This document shows positions 9,143-18,722 of a stretch of 64,000 nucleotides of DNA, piece after piece. The stretch is from Longimicrobiales bacterium (GTDB lineage Bacteria > Gemmatimonadota > Gemmatimonadetes > Longimicrobiales > Gaopeijiaceae). The stretch's first letter is position 1. Each line of letters starts with the position of its first letter. Location of the stretch: NCBI GenBank assembly GCA_965248195.1, contig CBDFIQ010000002.1:3136001-3200000 (forward strand). The letters run 5' to 3'. A program made the translations under genes and the position numbers. Under the pieces are notes generated by a model that saw only the letters and a list, made by a program, of their open reading frames with translations, was not told the DNA's origin and made no database searches.

Positions 9143-10686
9143 TGCTGTTGCGCCCGAACAGAAGTACCTGGCCAGCCCTCGCGTTCACATTAGGCGTCAT
9201 GATCGTTGCGTCGGCACACGTAGGGAGCTCGAACGCCTACTTCGAGGGGATGGCCGGACCCTACCCCGTGCGTGTGATCGTTCGGACGCCGGGGGTTATC
9301 CCGGGGCTCGCTCAGATCTCGGTGCGTATCACCGGGGAGTCGGCACCGACTTTCGTCACCGTACGCCCGTTGCGCTGGGACGCGGGGCTTCAAGGGGCGC
9401 CACCTCCGGATACCGCCCGGGCCGTTGCCGGGGAGGCCGGCCTATACTGGGCCGAGCTCTGGCTCATGACCACCGGTTCGTACAGCGTCCACGTCCACGT
9501 CGCCGGTGATGCAGGCGATGGCACCGTGTTCGTTCCCGTCAACGCCGTCGCCGAGAGCCGCCGAGAGATGGGCCGGGCGATGGCAGTCGGGCTGATCGGC
9601 GCCGCGTTGTTTCTATTCGTCGGGGCTATGACGGTCTTCGGCGCCGCGGTTCGCGAGAGCGTGCTTGCGCCGGGGGAGGAGCCTGACCGGAAGCTACGTC
9701 GGCGAGGCGCTGTTGCGACCGGATTCGGCGGCGGCGTGCTCGCTTTGATCCTTTGGGGTGGCTGGGCGTGGTGGGGGGCGGTGGACACCGCATATCGGGC
9801 GGGCATCTATCGGCCACTCGCGACGACGTCGGTCTTGGAGACCGGCGAAGCGGGGCCGGTGCTCACGCTGCGAATCGACGATCCCCAGTGGATGGGACGA
9901 GAGTGGACGCCACTGATGCCCGACCACGGAAAGCTCATGCACATGTTCCTGGTGGGAGACGAGGCTCTGGGGGCGTTCGCGCACATCCACCCGGAGTCCG
10001 CCGACTCGACCTCGTTCGCCGTACCCTTTCCCCCGCTCCCGCCTGGGACCTACCGCATCTACGCGGATATCGTAGACGAGAGCGGCTTCTCCCAAACGCT
10101 GGTCGACACGGTCAAGGCGGGTGCGGAGGTCGAGACAGCGTCGCTCGAGGCGCCCGGTCGAGATCCCGACGACTCCTGGGCTGTGCTCCCCGCCCGGGGG
10201 CGGGCGAGTGGCGAGCGCTTCGCGCTGCCCAGCGGTCGGACCCTGATTTGGGAGGCCGGCATGCAGCCGGGGCTGGACGCCGAGACCACGCTGGCTTTCC
10301 GAGTCACGGAGCCGGACGGCACACCCTCCGCTCTCGAGCCGTATATGGGCATGCTGAGCCATGCGGCAGTAACTCGGGACGACGGGTCGGTCTTTATCCA
10401 CATGCACCCCGCCGGGAGCATCAACCTGGCGGCGCAGGAACGCTTCCGGAGAGCCGAAGATGGCGCCGGTTCCAACACTCAGGGTAGGGGCATGCCGGGG
10501 AGGGGCATGCCGGGAAGGGGGATGCCGGGAAGTGGCATGCCGGAGATGGCGGATGCCACACCGACCGACGTCGTGAGCTTTCCGTTTGTGTTCCCGGCCC
10601 CCGGTGCGTATCGGATCTTCGTGCAAGTGAAGATCGACGGCGCGGTCGAGACCGCGGTGTTCGACGTGGAGGTGCCCGAGGGGTAA
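9142..10686 (+). CDS. Membrane-anchored His-rich periplasmic protein, PmoB-like architecture / putative copper-binding
   Basis: GTG overlaps upstream stop; signal peptide ASA|H; SVHVH; two central TM helices; duplicated H..HxHP domains. Confidence 0.6.
   Translation: MLLRPNRSTWPALAFTLGVMIVASAHVGSSNAYFEGMAGPYPVRVIVRTPGVIPGLAQISVRITGESAPTFVTVRPLRWDAGLQGAPPPDTARAVAGEAGLYWAELWLMTTGSYSVHVHVAGDAGDGTVFVPVNAVAESRREMGRAMAVGLIGAALFLFVGAMTVFGAAVRESVLAPGEEPDRKLRRRGAVATGFGGGVLALILWGGWAWWGAVDTAYRAGIYRPLATTSVLETGEAGPVLTLRIDDPQWMGREWTPLMPDHGKLMHMFLVGDEALGAFAHIHPESADSTSFAVPFPPLPPGTYRIYADIVDESGFSQTLVDTVKAGAEVETASLEAPGRDPDDSWAVLPARGRASGERFALPSGRTLIWEAGMQPGLDAETTLAFRVTEPDGTPSALEPYMGMLSHAAVTRDDGSVFIHMHPAGSINLAAQERFRRAEDGAGSNTQGRGMPGRGMPGRGMPGSGMPEMADATPTDVVSFPFVFPAPGAYRIFVQVKIDGAVETAVFDVEVPEG
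10483..10543 (+). repeat. In-frame 15-bp tandem repeat (GRGMP x3 + GSGMP)
   Basis: ggtaggggcatgccg-type units. Confidence 0.85.
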
Positions 10687-10762
10687 ACGGGCTCTGGTCA
10701 ACGAGCCGGATTCTTCTCCCGGAGGCCGCCGCTAGTCCCCGCTCGATGAACGGGCGCCTTTC

Positions 10763-11890
10763 CTACAGCGCGATCACGATTTTCCCGAGGTGGCTCCCAC
10801 TGGCCATGTGCTCGTAGGCCGCTGGCGCGTCCTCGAGGGTGAATACCCTGTCGATGACTGGGCGCATCCGATGTTGCGTAATGAATGCGTTCATCGCTTC
10901 GAAGTCCTCCCTAGACCCCACATAGATCCCCGTCACCGAAATTGCACGGCCGATGAACGAACCGAGGGGCATGGCGTTGGCGGAGCCCGACAGGCCTCCG
11001 ATGATCGCGATGTGGGCGCCGTATCCGAGTGCTCGCATCGCTCGAGGCAGCGTTTCCCGGCCACCCACTTCGAGGACCTGGGTGACGCCCTCGTCGCCGG
11101 TGATGTCCCGCACCTCGTCCTGCCACTCGGCGTTGGTCCGGTAGTTGACCGTGCCGTAGGCCCCCAGCTCGCGAGCACGCACCAGCTTTGCGTCGCTCGA
11201 GCTCGTGATGATCGGTCTCGCTCCAGCGGCCACCGAGAACTGCAGTCCGAAGATCGAGACGCCACCCGTGCCTTCCAGCAGGACGAAGTCGTCTTCGGAC
11301 AGGCCTCCGTGTTTGAAGAGGGCGTTCCACGCGGTCACCCCCGCACAAGGGAGCGTAGCGGCCTCCTCGAACGTGAGGTGTTCCGGAATCTCGACGAGCC
11401 CGTCTTCATGACTGACGATCATCTCCGAGAGCATGCCGTCGATCGCGCCACCTCTGGCCGATGCGTTGGTCATGGCGCTCGGTCTTCCGTCCATCCAACG
11501 AGCGAAGAAGATCCCGGCCACGCGATCCCCGACCTCGAAGCGACTGGCGCCGGGTCCTACGCCGATCACCTCCCCCGCACCATCCGAGAGGGGCACCAGG
11601 CCGATTCGCGGATTCCCGCCGCCATACTGCGATTGGAGGATCGAAAGGTCTCGCCGATTCAGGGACGTGGCTCGCACACGGACCAGGACTTCGTTGGCGC
11701 CCGGAACGGGACGGTCCACTTCCTTCATCACGAGTGCGACCTGGTCGTCGACCACGTCGAACTGGTACTGGCGCATGGTCTCGGTTTGGGCACCCGTAGC
11801 CGGGGCGGGAATCGCGAGTAGCGCGGCCAGCCCGCCGGCGAGCGCGACCTGTTCGAGGCGAGAGGTGCTCTGGAAGAAGCGTGTCTTCAT
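10763..11890 (-). CDS. NAD(P)-dependent medium-chain dehydrogenase/reductase (ADH_zinc_N, quinone-reductase-like)
   Basis: SLNRRD, PLSDGAGEV, EAATLPCAGVTAW, GTGGVS, HLGKIVI; N-terminal signal-like extension. Confidence 0.88.
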   Translation of the reverse strand: MKTRFFQSTSRLEQVALAGGLAALLAIPAPATGAQTETMRQYQFDVVDDQVALVMKEVDRPVPGANEVLVRVRATSLNRRDLSILQSQYGGGNPRIGLVPLSDGAGEVIGVGPGASRFEVGDRVAGIFFARWMDGRPSAMTNASARGGAIDGMLSEMIVSHEDGLVEIPEHLTFEEAATLPCAGVTAWNALFKHGGLSEDDFVLLEGTGGVSIFGLQFSVAAGARPIITSSSDAKLVRARELGAYGTVNYRTNAEWQDEVRDITGDEGVTQVLEVGGRETLPRAMRALGYGAHIAIIGGLSGSANAMPLGSFIGRAISVTGIYVGSREDFEAMNAFITQHRMRPVIDRVFTLEDAPAAYEHMASGSHLGKIVIAL

Positions 11891-12147
11891 GGATCAGCTC
11901 GGCTAGATGTGGTTTAGGGCCGATCACGATGCCCTGATTTTCCGCAACCGCTAAGGCGGATCCGGTACCCTCGTTAGCGCAGCGGTTAGCCTTTCCGATT
12001 CAACGTAAGAAACATTACCTCGCCGGGCGATCGAGACCTCGCCAGGCGATCGAGAAAGTCGCGCTCGCGTGTCGGCGGGCTTAAGCTCCACCATACCCTT
12101 CGCGAGCCAAACGTGTGGCTCCCACGCGCCGCCTTGGAGGACCGAAC

Positions 12148-12945
12148 ATGACAGCGACGACGAGACGACGGATCGGCACACTCTCCCTCGCCCTGGTGCT
12201 CGGCTCGGCGAACGCAGCCGTGGCGCAACGAGAGGCGCGCGACGATGAAAGTGCCATCACCGACCCGCGTGTCCAGCACCGCACGTACACCATGCAGGAA
12301 ACGGGCGAAACGATCCCGTACGCGCTCTTCGTGCCGACCTCGTACGACGCGAGCGAGCCGAGTCGCCTGATGGTCTCTCTACACGGCGCAGGGCGGCAAT
12401 ACGACTGGCTGATGGGGTACGCAGGGTTCCTCGACCGCGCCGAACACGACGGCTACATCATCGCGACCCCGTTGGGTTACACACGACGGGGCGGATACGG
12501 CCGTCGCGGTGACGACCGACAGGACCAGCTATCCGAAAAGGACGTGATGACCGTTGTCGGCATGGTCAAGGACGAATTCAACATCGACGAGAACCGCACC
12601 TATCTCTGGGGTCACTCGATGGGCGGCTCCGGCACGTATTACATCGCGAGCCGGCACCCGAACCTCTGGGCCGGGCTCGCGGCCGCGGCCGGTGGCAGCA
12701 TGACCGCCGACTACGTGGACGAGGACGCCATCCGCCACATCCCGTTCCTGGTGCTCCAGGGCTCGGAGGACGAGACGGTACTGGTCGAGCGCTCCCGGGA
12801 GTCGGTGGCGCGGATGAAAGAGTTGGGGATGGAGCACCTCTACGTCGAGATCGCGGGTGGCGATCACTCGCGGTTCATCAACCAGAGCGAAGAGGTGGTT
12901 GGCATGCTGTTCGACTTCTTCAACATCGTCGCGAAGAAGCACTGA
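12148..12945 (+). CDS. Exported alpha/beta hydrolase (esterase/peptidase)
   Basis: LHGAG, GHSMGG nucleophile elbow, GSED, GGDH; GGAGG RBS. Confidence 0.85.
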   Translation: MTATTRRRIGTLSLALVLGSANAAVAQREARDDESAITDPRVQHRTYTMQETGETIPYALFVPTSYDASEPSRLMVSLHGAGRQYDWLMGYAGFLDRAEHDGYIIATPLGYTRRGGYGRRGDDRQDQLSEKDVMTVVGMVKDEFNIDENRTYLWGHSMGGSGTYYIASRHPNLWAGLAAAAGGSMTADYVDEDAIRHIPFLVLQGSEDETVLVERSRESVARMKELGMEHLYVEIAGGDHSRFINQSEEVVGMLFDFFNIVAKKH

Positions 12946-12984
12946 TTATTGGGGTTGCGTTCTAGGCAATAGGAAGTCCTCCTC

Positions 12985-14109
12985 TCAACGTGCTACCCAC
13001 GGCGTTCCAATGATCAATGCCGGATCTGCATCAGGCTTGGCTACGAACTTTTGAGTCCGGCCATACTGATTGTCTCCTCCGTAAAGATTACCCTCCGAGT
13101 CGACCGTAAACGTATGCACTTCGAGATATCCATTCGGTAGCTCTCGGGGGACATTCCACGTGTATAGCCGATTACCCTCGAAATCCATCTTGACGAACCT
13201 GAGCGGTCCCAGGGTGGTTATCCAGATACTGTCCTCGTTGACAATGATGTCCAAAGTCAGGCCAAAACCGCCCCAAACATCAACAAACTCGACTTCTCTC
13301 GGATCGTCTGTGGTCCTGAACACGTTGACTCGACCACCCGAGCGATCAAGGGCAAAGATCAGACCATCGGGCCCGATGCCTATCGCATGAATGCCATTGA
13401 ATTGACCGGGCCCTTCTCCGCGCCCTCCAAACTCTGATAAATATTTTCCGTCGCTATCCAGGATGATGACGCGATGATTGTCCAGCCCATCAGCCACCAG
13501 AACTCTTCCGTCGGGTAAAAAAGCCACGTCCTGCGGCCTGCCGAAATGGGTCTCGTCGTCTCCCGGGGTCAGTTTCTCACCCAGCGTCATCAGCAGTTCA
13601 CTGCCGTCGTTGGAGAACACGTAGATCTGATGAAAGGTCTCGTTGACCACCCACACCCGGCGCTCAGGATCATAGGGGCTTATGCGAAGCCTGTGAGGTC
13701 CTGGTCCTTCTGAACCTGCGCACAAGTAGTCCCACTGATCCCAAATGTCGATCACGTTGCCATCACCATCGATGGTATACAGGCAGTTCTGCCAGGTGCG
13801 CAGATCGGTCGCACTCAAAGTGTTGATCCCGAGGGATCCTGCATATCCTGCAAATTCGGGAGGAATCGGGATCGGCAATCTCGTTTCGCCACGCTGCGCG
13901 ATGAAGATGCGATCCGGCGATTCAGCGAATATCCCGGAATTCCCGCCGAAGGCAAAACCTTGCTTGGCAAATGGTTTATGCCACCCTTCGACGACGTCAT
14001 AAGGGCTGGGGCCGATCGGTCCAAGATCCTGCGATGAAGCTGGTCCGGAAAACAACACGGCAAGTAAACCGGTAAGCGTCGTAACCGCTTGAAGTTCTGA
14101 AGTGCGCAT
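12985..14109 (-). CDS. NHL-repeat (PAL-like) protein
   Basis: FGRPQDVAF, ADGLDNHRV, GPGQFNGIHAI; signal peptide. Confidence 0.8.
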   Translation of the reverse strand: MRTSELQAVTTLTGLLAVLFSGPASSQDLGPIGPSPYDVVEGWHKPFAKQGFAFGGNSGIFAESPDRIFIAQRGETRLPIPIPPEFAGYAGSLGINTLSATDLRTWQNCLYTIDGDGNVIDIWDQWDYLCAGSEGPGPHRLRISPYDPERRVWVVNETFHQIYVFSNDGSELLMTLGEKLTPGDDETHFGRPQDVAFLPDGRVLVADGLDNHRVIILDSDGKYLSEFGGRGEGPGQFNGIHAIGIGPDGLIFALDRSGGRVNVFRTTDDPREVEFVDVWGGFGLTLDIIVNEDSIWITTLGPLRFVKMDFEGNRLYTWNVPRELPNGYLEVHTFTVDSEGNLYGGDNQYGRTQKFVAKPDADPALIIGTPWVAR

Positions 14110-14322
14110 GATCGTATGAGCTCCGAAATGTGGATCTGTGATGACGCCGATGTCTTGTTATTCAGCCTATCATGTACAACCAAACGATGCAGGGTTCAAC
14201 TTCACTGCGAAATCCTCGCCTGCACCTCGCGCTCCACAAGTCCCCGTTTTACCTTGGCTGGTCCCGGAGGGCTCTCTGCCGTCTGGCGGTCCTATCCGTG
14301 GTTTCCTTCAAGGGAGGTTTCA

Positions 14323-15960
14323 ATGTTGCGTTCGATTCGAACGGGACTCCTGGCAGGTGCTACGCTCGTTGCAGTACCGGCGCTCCAGTCGGGAGAGGTG
14401 ATGGCCCAGTTACAGGACCAGTCGCAGATCAGCCCGACCAACGGTCTGCCCAACCCCTACGAGCGCGTCCACCCATGGGGCGAGCTCCCCACGGGTCTCT
14501 ACGATGAGCGGGCGTCGTTCATCGGGGCGGAGGCGGGTCCGGACGGCAACATCTACCTTCTGAGCCGCTGTCTCCAGAACTCGTGCACTGGACGGCCTGA
14601 ACCGCCGGTCCTGAAGCTCGATCCCTCCGGAAGGCTACTGAAGACGTGGGGTTCGGGGATGTTGGAATTCCCCCATGGCTTCGACGTGGACGACGAAGGA
14701 AACGTGTGGGCAAGCGATCAGCGCGGCCACCAGGTGTTCAAGTGGAACGCGGAGGGCGACCTCCTGATGACGCTCGGGCAGAAGGGCATCCAGGGGGACC
14801 CGCCCCGTCTTCTCACCCAGCCGACGGACCTGGTGGTGGCCCCGAACGGCAACATCTTCGTCACCGAAGGTCACGGTGGGGGCGGCAACCGGGTCTCGAA
14901 GTACACGAGCGACGGGAGGTTCGTCATGTCTTGGGGAACCACGGGCTCGGGCGTCGGGGAGTTCATTGTTCCCCACACCATTGCGCTGGACTCGCAAGGC
15001 CGGGTCTTCGTCGGGGATCGTATGAACAACCGGATCCAGATCTTCGATCAGCAGGGGAATTTCCTCGACGTCTGGTACCAGTTCGGTCGCCCGAGCGGCA
15101 TCGCCATAGGCGCCGATGACAGGATTTACGTCGCTGATTCCGAGTCGTGGGGTACCGACAACCCGGGGTGGAAGAAGGGAATTCGGGTGGGCAACGCGCG
15201 GGACGGGACGGTCCTGTACCTCATCGAGGACATCGAATCCACCGCGACCGAGCACAGCGGCGCGGAAGGTGTCGGGGTGGACTCCGAAGGTAATGTCTAC
15301 GGGGCGGTTGTTCGCAGGCGGATGCTCGAGAAGCACGTGCCCGGCGCGGTTTCGGGGACGGCCATGGCTCAACAGGGGGCGCAGGCGCCTACGCATGTTG
15401 CGCATGTCGCTTCTGGCTTCGGCTCAACCCCCGACGGAAAGGGTCTCGCCGCAACGGCCACGACCGAAGCGGGGATCGCGATGCTGCATGCCAATTTCGC
15501 AGTGGGGGACCTCAGCGACCTCGCGGCGATGCAACGACACGCCGGCCACGTTCTCCATGCGCTCGACCCGGCAGAAGGAAGCCGGGGACCGGGGCTCGGC
15601 TTCGGGCTCATCCGCGCCGTGGAGGGCGTGGCGACCCACATCGAGTTGGCGGCGGGTGCCGCCGGTGCCTCGGCGGGTGTGCGCACTCACGCGCAGCACG
15701 TCGCCACGGTCGCTCGCACAGTCGCACGCCGCGCAGAGGAAGCGGCCGCGGTCGCTCGGCGGCTGCAGACGGCGCCTTCGATACGGCGAGCCTCCCCACT
15801 CGTCGCCGAGTTGCGCCTCTTGACGTACCATATGGTTGAGGGCGGAGACCTAAACGGTGACGGGAATTTGTCGCTGGACGGGGAGGCCGGCGTACAGCAG
15901 CTCGAAGCGCACGTCTATCTCCTCCTCGACGGAGATGGACTTCCGAGGATGCTCAGGTAG
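14323..15960 (+). CDS. NHL-repeat (PAL-like) protein with C-terminal helical His-rich domain
   Basis: PHGF, PTDLVV, PHTIALD, DRMNNRIQ; C-terminal DLNGDG; GGAGG RBS before 14323. Confidence 0.8.
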   Translation: MLRSIRTGLLAGATLVAVPALQSGEVMAQLQDQSQISPTNGLPNPYERVHPWGELPTGLYDERASFIGAEAGPDGNIYLLSRCLQNSCTGRPEPPVLKLDPSGRLLKTWGSGMLEFPHGFDVDDEGNVWASDQRGHQVFKWNAEGDLLMTLGQKGIQGDPPRLLTQPTDLVVAPNGNIFVTEGHGGGGNRVSKYTSDGRFVMSWGTTGSGVGEFIVPHTIALDSQGRVFVGDRMNNRIQIFDQQGNFLDVWYQFGRPSGIAIGADDRIYVADSESWGTDNPGWKKGIRVGNARDGTVLYLIEDIESTATEHSGAEGVGVDSEGNVYGAVVRRRMLEKHVPGAVSGTAMAQQGAQAPTHVAHVASGFGSTPDGKGLAATATTEAGIAMLHANFAVGDLSDLAAMQRHAGHVLHALDPAEGSRGPGLGFGLIRAVEGVATHIELAAGAAGASAGVRTHAQHVATVARTVARRAEEAAAVARRLQTAPSIRRASPLVAELRLLTYHMVEGGDLNGDGNLSLDGEAGVQQLEAHVYLLLDGDGLPRMLR

Positions 15961-16029
15961 GGGGCTCTCGAGGGGCCCAGCGGATATTCAGGGGCTCGAG
16001 GGGCCTAGCGCATATTCAGGGCCTCTCGA
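15961..16029. repeat. Imperfect 28-30 bp tandem repeat (2 full copies + partial)
   Basis: ggggctctcgaggggcccagcggatattca / ggggctcgaggggcctagcgcatattca / gggcctctcga. Confidence 0.75.
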
Positions 16030-16155
16030 ATCTCCCGCGCCGGCATGCCCGTGACCCACACGGGGCTTCCCCGGTCGAACTCGCTCGCCCGGGCCAGTGG
16101 CCCGACAATGACGGCGTCGAAACCCACGTCTCTGACGAGGGAGGCTGTGATGGAC

Positions 16156-17037
16156 CTACCGAGTAACGGCGACGTTCAAGTAGCTGTTCGTCCAGCAACA
16201 GTGAAATCCGAACGCGTTACCTAGATCCCAGTCGACGGCTTGCAGGCGGACCACATAATCCCCGACCTCGCTGAACCTCGCGGTAGTGGTGAGCGTGAAG
16301 CGAACGTCCGACCCCTCCACCTCGATCTCCTCCTGGCTGAACATCACGTCGCCCGGCCCTTGGTGTTTGGACCAGATAATCCGCGTTCGCCCCAGGGGGA
16401 CCCCCTCCGGATCAGTCGCCGAAATGGAAAGTGTCAGCGGATCGCCGACCCCCGTGGTAACCGTGGGCCCATCCATCACGCTTGTTCTACCTCTTCGTTC
16501 CGCCTGCCCCGCTGGCTCTTCGAAACGGATGAGGGGTGCGCTGTTCCCCCGCGACGACTGCCGTATCTCGTCCATCCGGTAGAGCTGTGAGCTGGACCCA
16601 GGGACCGAGTAGGTCTGGTCAGCGATCCGGAGCCTCCACACCACCGTTGGAGCCGCAGCCAGGTCTGCCAGATTCACGGTGAAGACACAGAATCGCCGGC
16701 GGTAGACGTCCGGAACCTCCTCGAAATGTGTCGGTTGCACGCCGTCGAAGCCGCTCGGTTCGATGAAGTTGTCCGGACCCAGCGGAATGTCCAGCTCTTG
16801 GGCCAGGTTCAGATTGTGGTATCCAAAGCACAGGTCGATGGTACCGTCGGGGTTCGGGAACCACCCATCGAACAGCGGGATCACCGGCTGACCGGACGGG
16901 CGCAAGTTGCGTAGCATCAACCCCCCGGCAACGCTAGGTACCTGATTTGCCGGATTCTGCGCGCTGAGGTGGCCTGCGTCGGCAGCGGAGAGCCCGACCA
17001 CCAGAACGGCTACCGCGAGCGAGCCCCTAGCTCTCAT
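16156..17037 (-). CDS. Exported hypothetical protein with C-terminal PKD/Ig-like domain
   Basis: Signal peptide, GQPVIPLFDGW..GYHN, WSKHQGPG, FSEVGDYVVRL. Confidence 0.65.
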   Translation of the reverse strand: MRARGSLAVAVLVVGLSAADAGHLSAQNPANQVPSVAGGLMLRNLRPSGQPVIPLFDGWFPNPDGTIDLCFGYHNLNLAQELDIPLGPDNFIEPSGFDGVQPTHFEEVPDVYRRRFCVFTVNLADLAAAPTVVWRLRIADQTYSVPGSSSQLYRMDEIRQSSRGNSAPLIRFEEPAGQAERRGRTSVMDGPTVTTGVGDPLTLSISATDPEGVPLGRTRIIWSKHQGPGDVMFSQEEIEVEGSDVRFTLTTTARFSEVGDYVVRLQAVDWDLGNAFGFHCCWTNSYLNVAVTR

Positions 17038-17107
17038 CGGGTCCCCAACGTGCACGGTTGCGAACGGGAGCCTCCGCGCCGAGCCCGGAGCACGTCTACC
17101 TCCCGGC

Positions 17108-18568
17108 CTACAGAACAGGCCTGTCTCGCCTCTCGGCCAGAACCTGCTCCCTCTCTCGGACCAACCTCTCGAAGTCCTCTTCGTCGTCGAAGTAAGTGAT
17201 GCCGATCCGAGCGTGGGACATTTCGTCGACCGTCCGGTCACCCCGCACGACCCACTGATTCGGGTCGGGGTTAACGGGGTTGTCGGCCGTGTTGTCGAAC
17301 ACGTTGGTGACGGTGAGCACGGTGCCTTTCGGCAGCAGGGGCATCACATGATCCTCGTAGAGGAAGGCGGTTTGCCACGCATGATGCCAGTTGAGCTTGC
17401 TGATCACCTCCCACCGACCGTCTGGGTATATCGCCTCAATTATCTGGTACTTGCCCCGCAGGTGCATATGCCCGCGGAGGCTGTGGATCCGGGCGGGTCT
17501 GTCCATTACGTAGACGCCGCGGAAGGTCACCTCGCTATGCGGGGGAATAAGGAGGTCGACCTGGCGCGGGAATTGCGGATCGGAACTCGAGCCACCTCTC
17601 CCCCCCCCACTTCCTCGAGCCGGGCCGAATCCGAGGCTGGAAGCGACCTCGTGGCCGAACCCCGTACTCTGACTAGCCTCGTGTATGACTTCGCCTGGGG
17701 TCTCAAACTCCGGAACCTCGCCCTCCGGGTATAACCAAAACCCGAGCTGCAACGAGGCATCTACGTCCCGGTCGATCGGGAAAAGGTGCATGCTGAATCG
17801 CACTTTGGCTCCCGGCTCCAGTGCCTGCCCCGTATCATCGGGGAAGATATATCCCACCGTTCCTGCCGCAGAATGCCCAACAGAGACCCTCCCTCCATCC
17901 TGCAAGATGGAGGGGTTGGCGTGGTGGAAAACGTACCTCGTTTCGGCGTCTGCCGGCCTGAGTTCAACGGCCCGGATCCACCGGGTACCCTTCGTCAGTC
18001 CCGGCACCTCCATCTCCAGGTTCGGCCAGTGATCCAGCTCGTTCGCCGGCACCAGGTACCGGGGGGAAGCAAGCACGATGTCCGGCGGGCGACCGAAACG
18101 CTCGGCGTATTGCCAGTCGTTCTCAAACGAGGCCCATTCGATCAGGGGCGGCATGTGCGCTGGATCCCCCATCGGCGCACCCGAGTCGACCCAATGCAAG
18201 ATGGTCTGGATCTCGTCGTCACTCAGGGAAACGTCGTTTTTGAATTCCTGGATCCCGATCGTGTGATCCAATGGCCAGGGCGGCATGGTCCGGCTCGCCA
18301 CCTTCTCCCTGATCAGTGGTGCGAAGGGGCGAACCTCGTCATAAGAGGTCAAGGGCATGGGCGCGATGGAGCCGTCGCGATGGCATGTTTGGCACTTATC
18401 CTGGAGGATCGGCGCCACGTCTCTCGTGAAGGTGACCAGGCCGTCGGATTGCTGCCCAGAAACAGGCCCCGGATAGACAGCCATAGAGGCCCCGAAGACC
18501 AACGCAAACAATCCTAGCCCCCCGAGCGCCCTCGAACCCCGTTGTAACCTGCCGATTCCGCTCTTCAT
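17108..18568 (-). CDS. Cytochrome c + copper type II ascorbate-dependent (PHM-like) monooxygenase domain protein
   Basis: CQTCH heme-c motif; FHHA, GHMHLRGK and DEM copper-ligand motifs; signal peptide. Confidence 0.78.
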   Translation of the reverse strand: MKSGIGRLQRGSRALGGLGLFALVFGASMAVYPGPVSGQQSDGLVTFTRDVAPILQDKCQTCHRDGSIAPMPLTSYDEVRPFAPLIREKVASRTMPPWPLDHTIGIQEFKNDVSLSDDEIQTILHWVDSGAPMGDPAHMPPLIEWASFENDWQYAERFGRPPDIVLASPRYLVPANELDHWPNLEMEVPGLTKGTRWIRAVELRPADAETRYVFHHANPSILQDGGRVSVGHSAAGTVGYIFPDDTGQALEPGAKVRFSMHLFPIDRDVDASLQLGFWLYPEGEVPEFETPGEVIHEASQSTGFGHEVASSLGFGPARGSGGGRGGSSSDPQFPRQVDLLIPPHSEVTFRGVYVMDRPARIHSLRGHMHLRGKYQIIEAIYPDGRWEVISKLNWHHAWQTAFLYEDHVMPLLPKGTVLTVTNVFDNTADNPVNPDPNQWVVRGDRTVDEMSHARIGITYFDDEEDFERLVREREQVLAERRDRPVL

Positions 18569-18722
18569 GGTCCTGGCCTCCTTGCTCTCCGCCGAACGGT
18601 GAGAGTCATCTCTGTCTATCCACAAATACGAGTGGACATCCATAAAAAGTGCACATCCATAATAGATGACGAGCTGCGGTATGACGAGCCCCCTTTTGCG
18701 ATCACCCTCCCAGGCACACGAC

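Noticed and set aside
7943..10686. Naming these genes pmoCAB/amoCAB or calling the organism a methanotroph or nitrifier
   Set aside because: Overall similarity is low, the PmoA GDWDFW motif is missing and no hao, mxaF or pmoD context is visible; only superfamily-level resemblance is supportable
15961..16029. Mini-CRISPR
   Set aside because: Units are adjacent, without spacers
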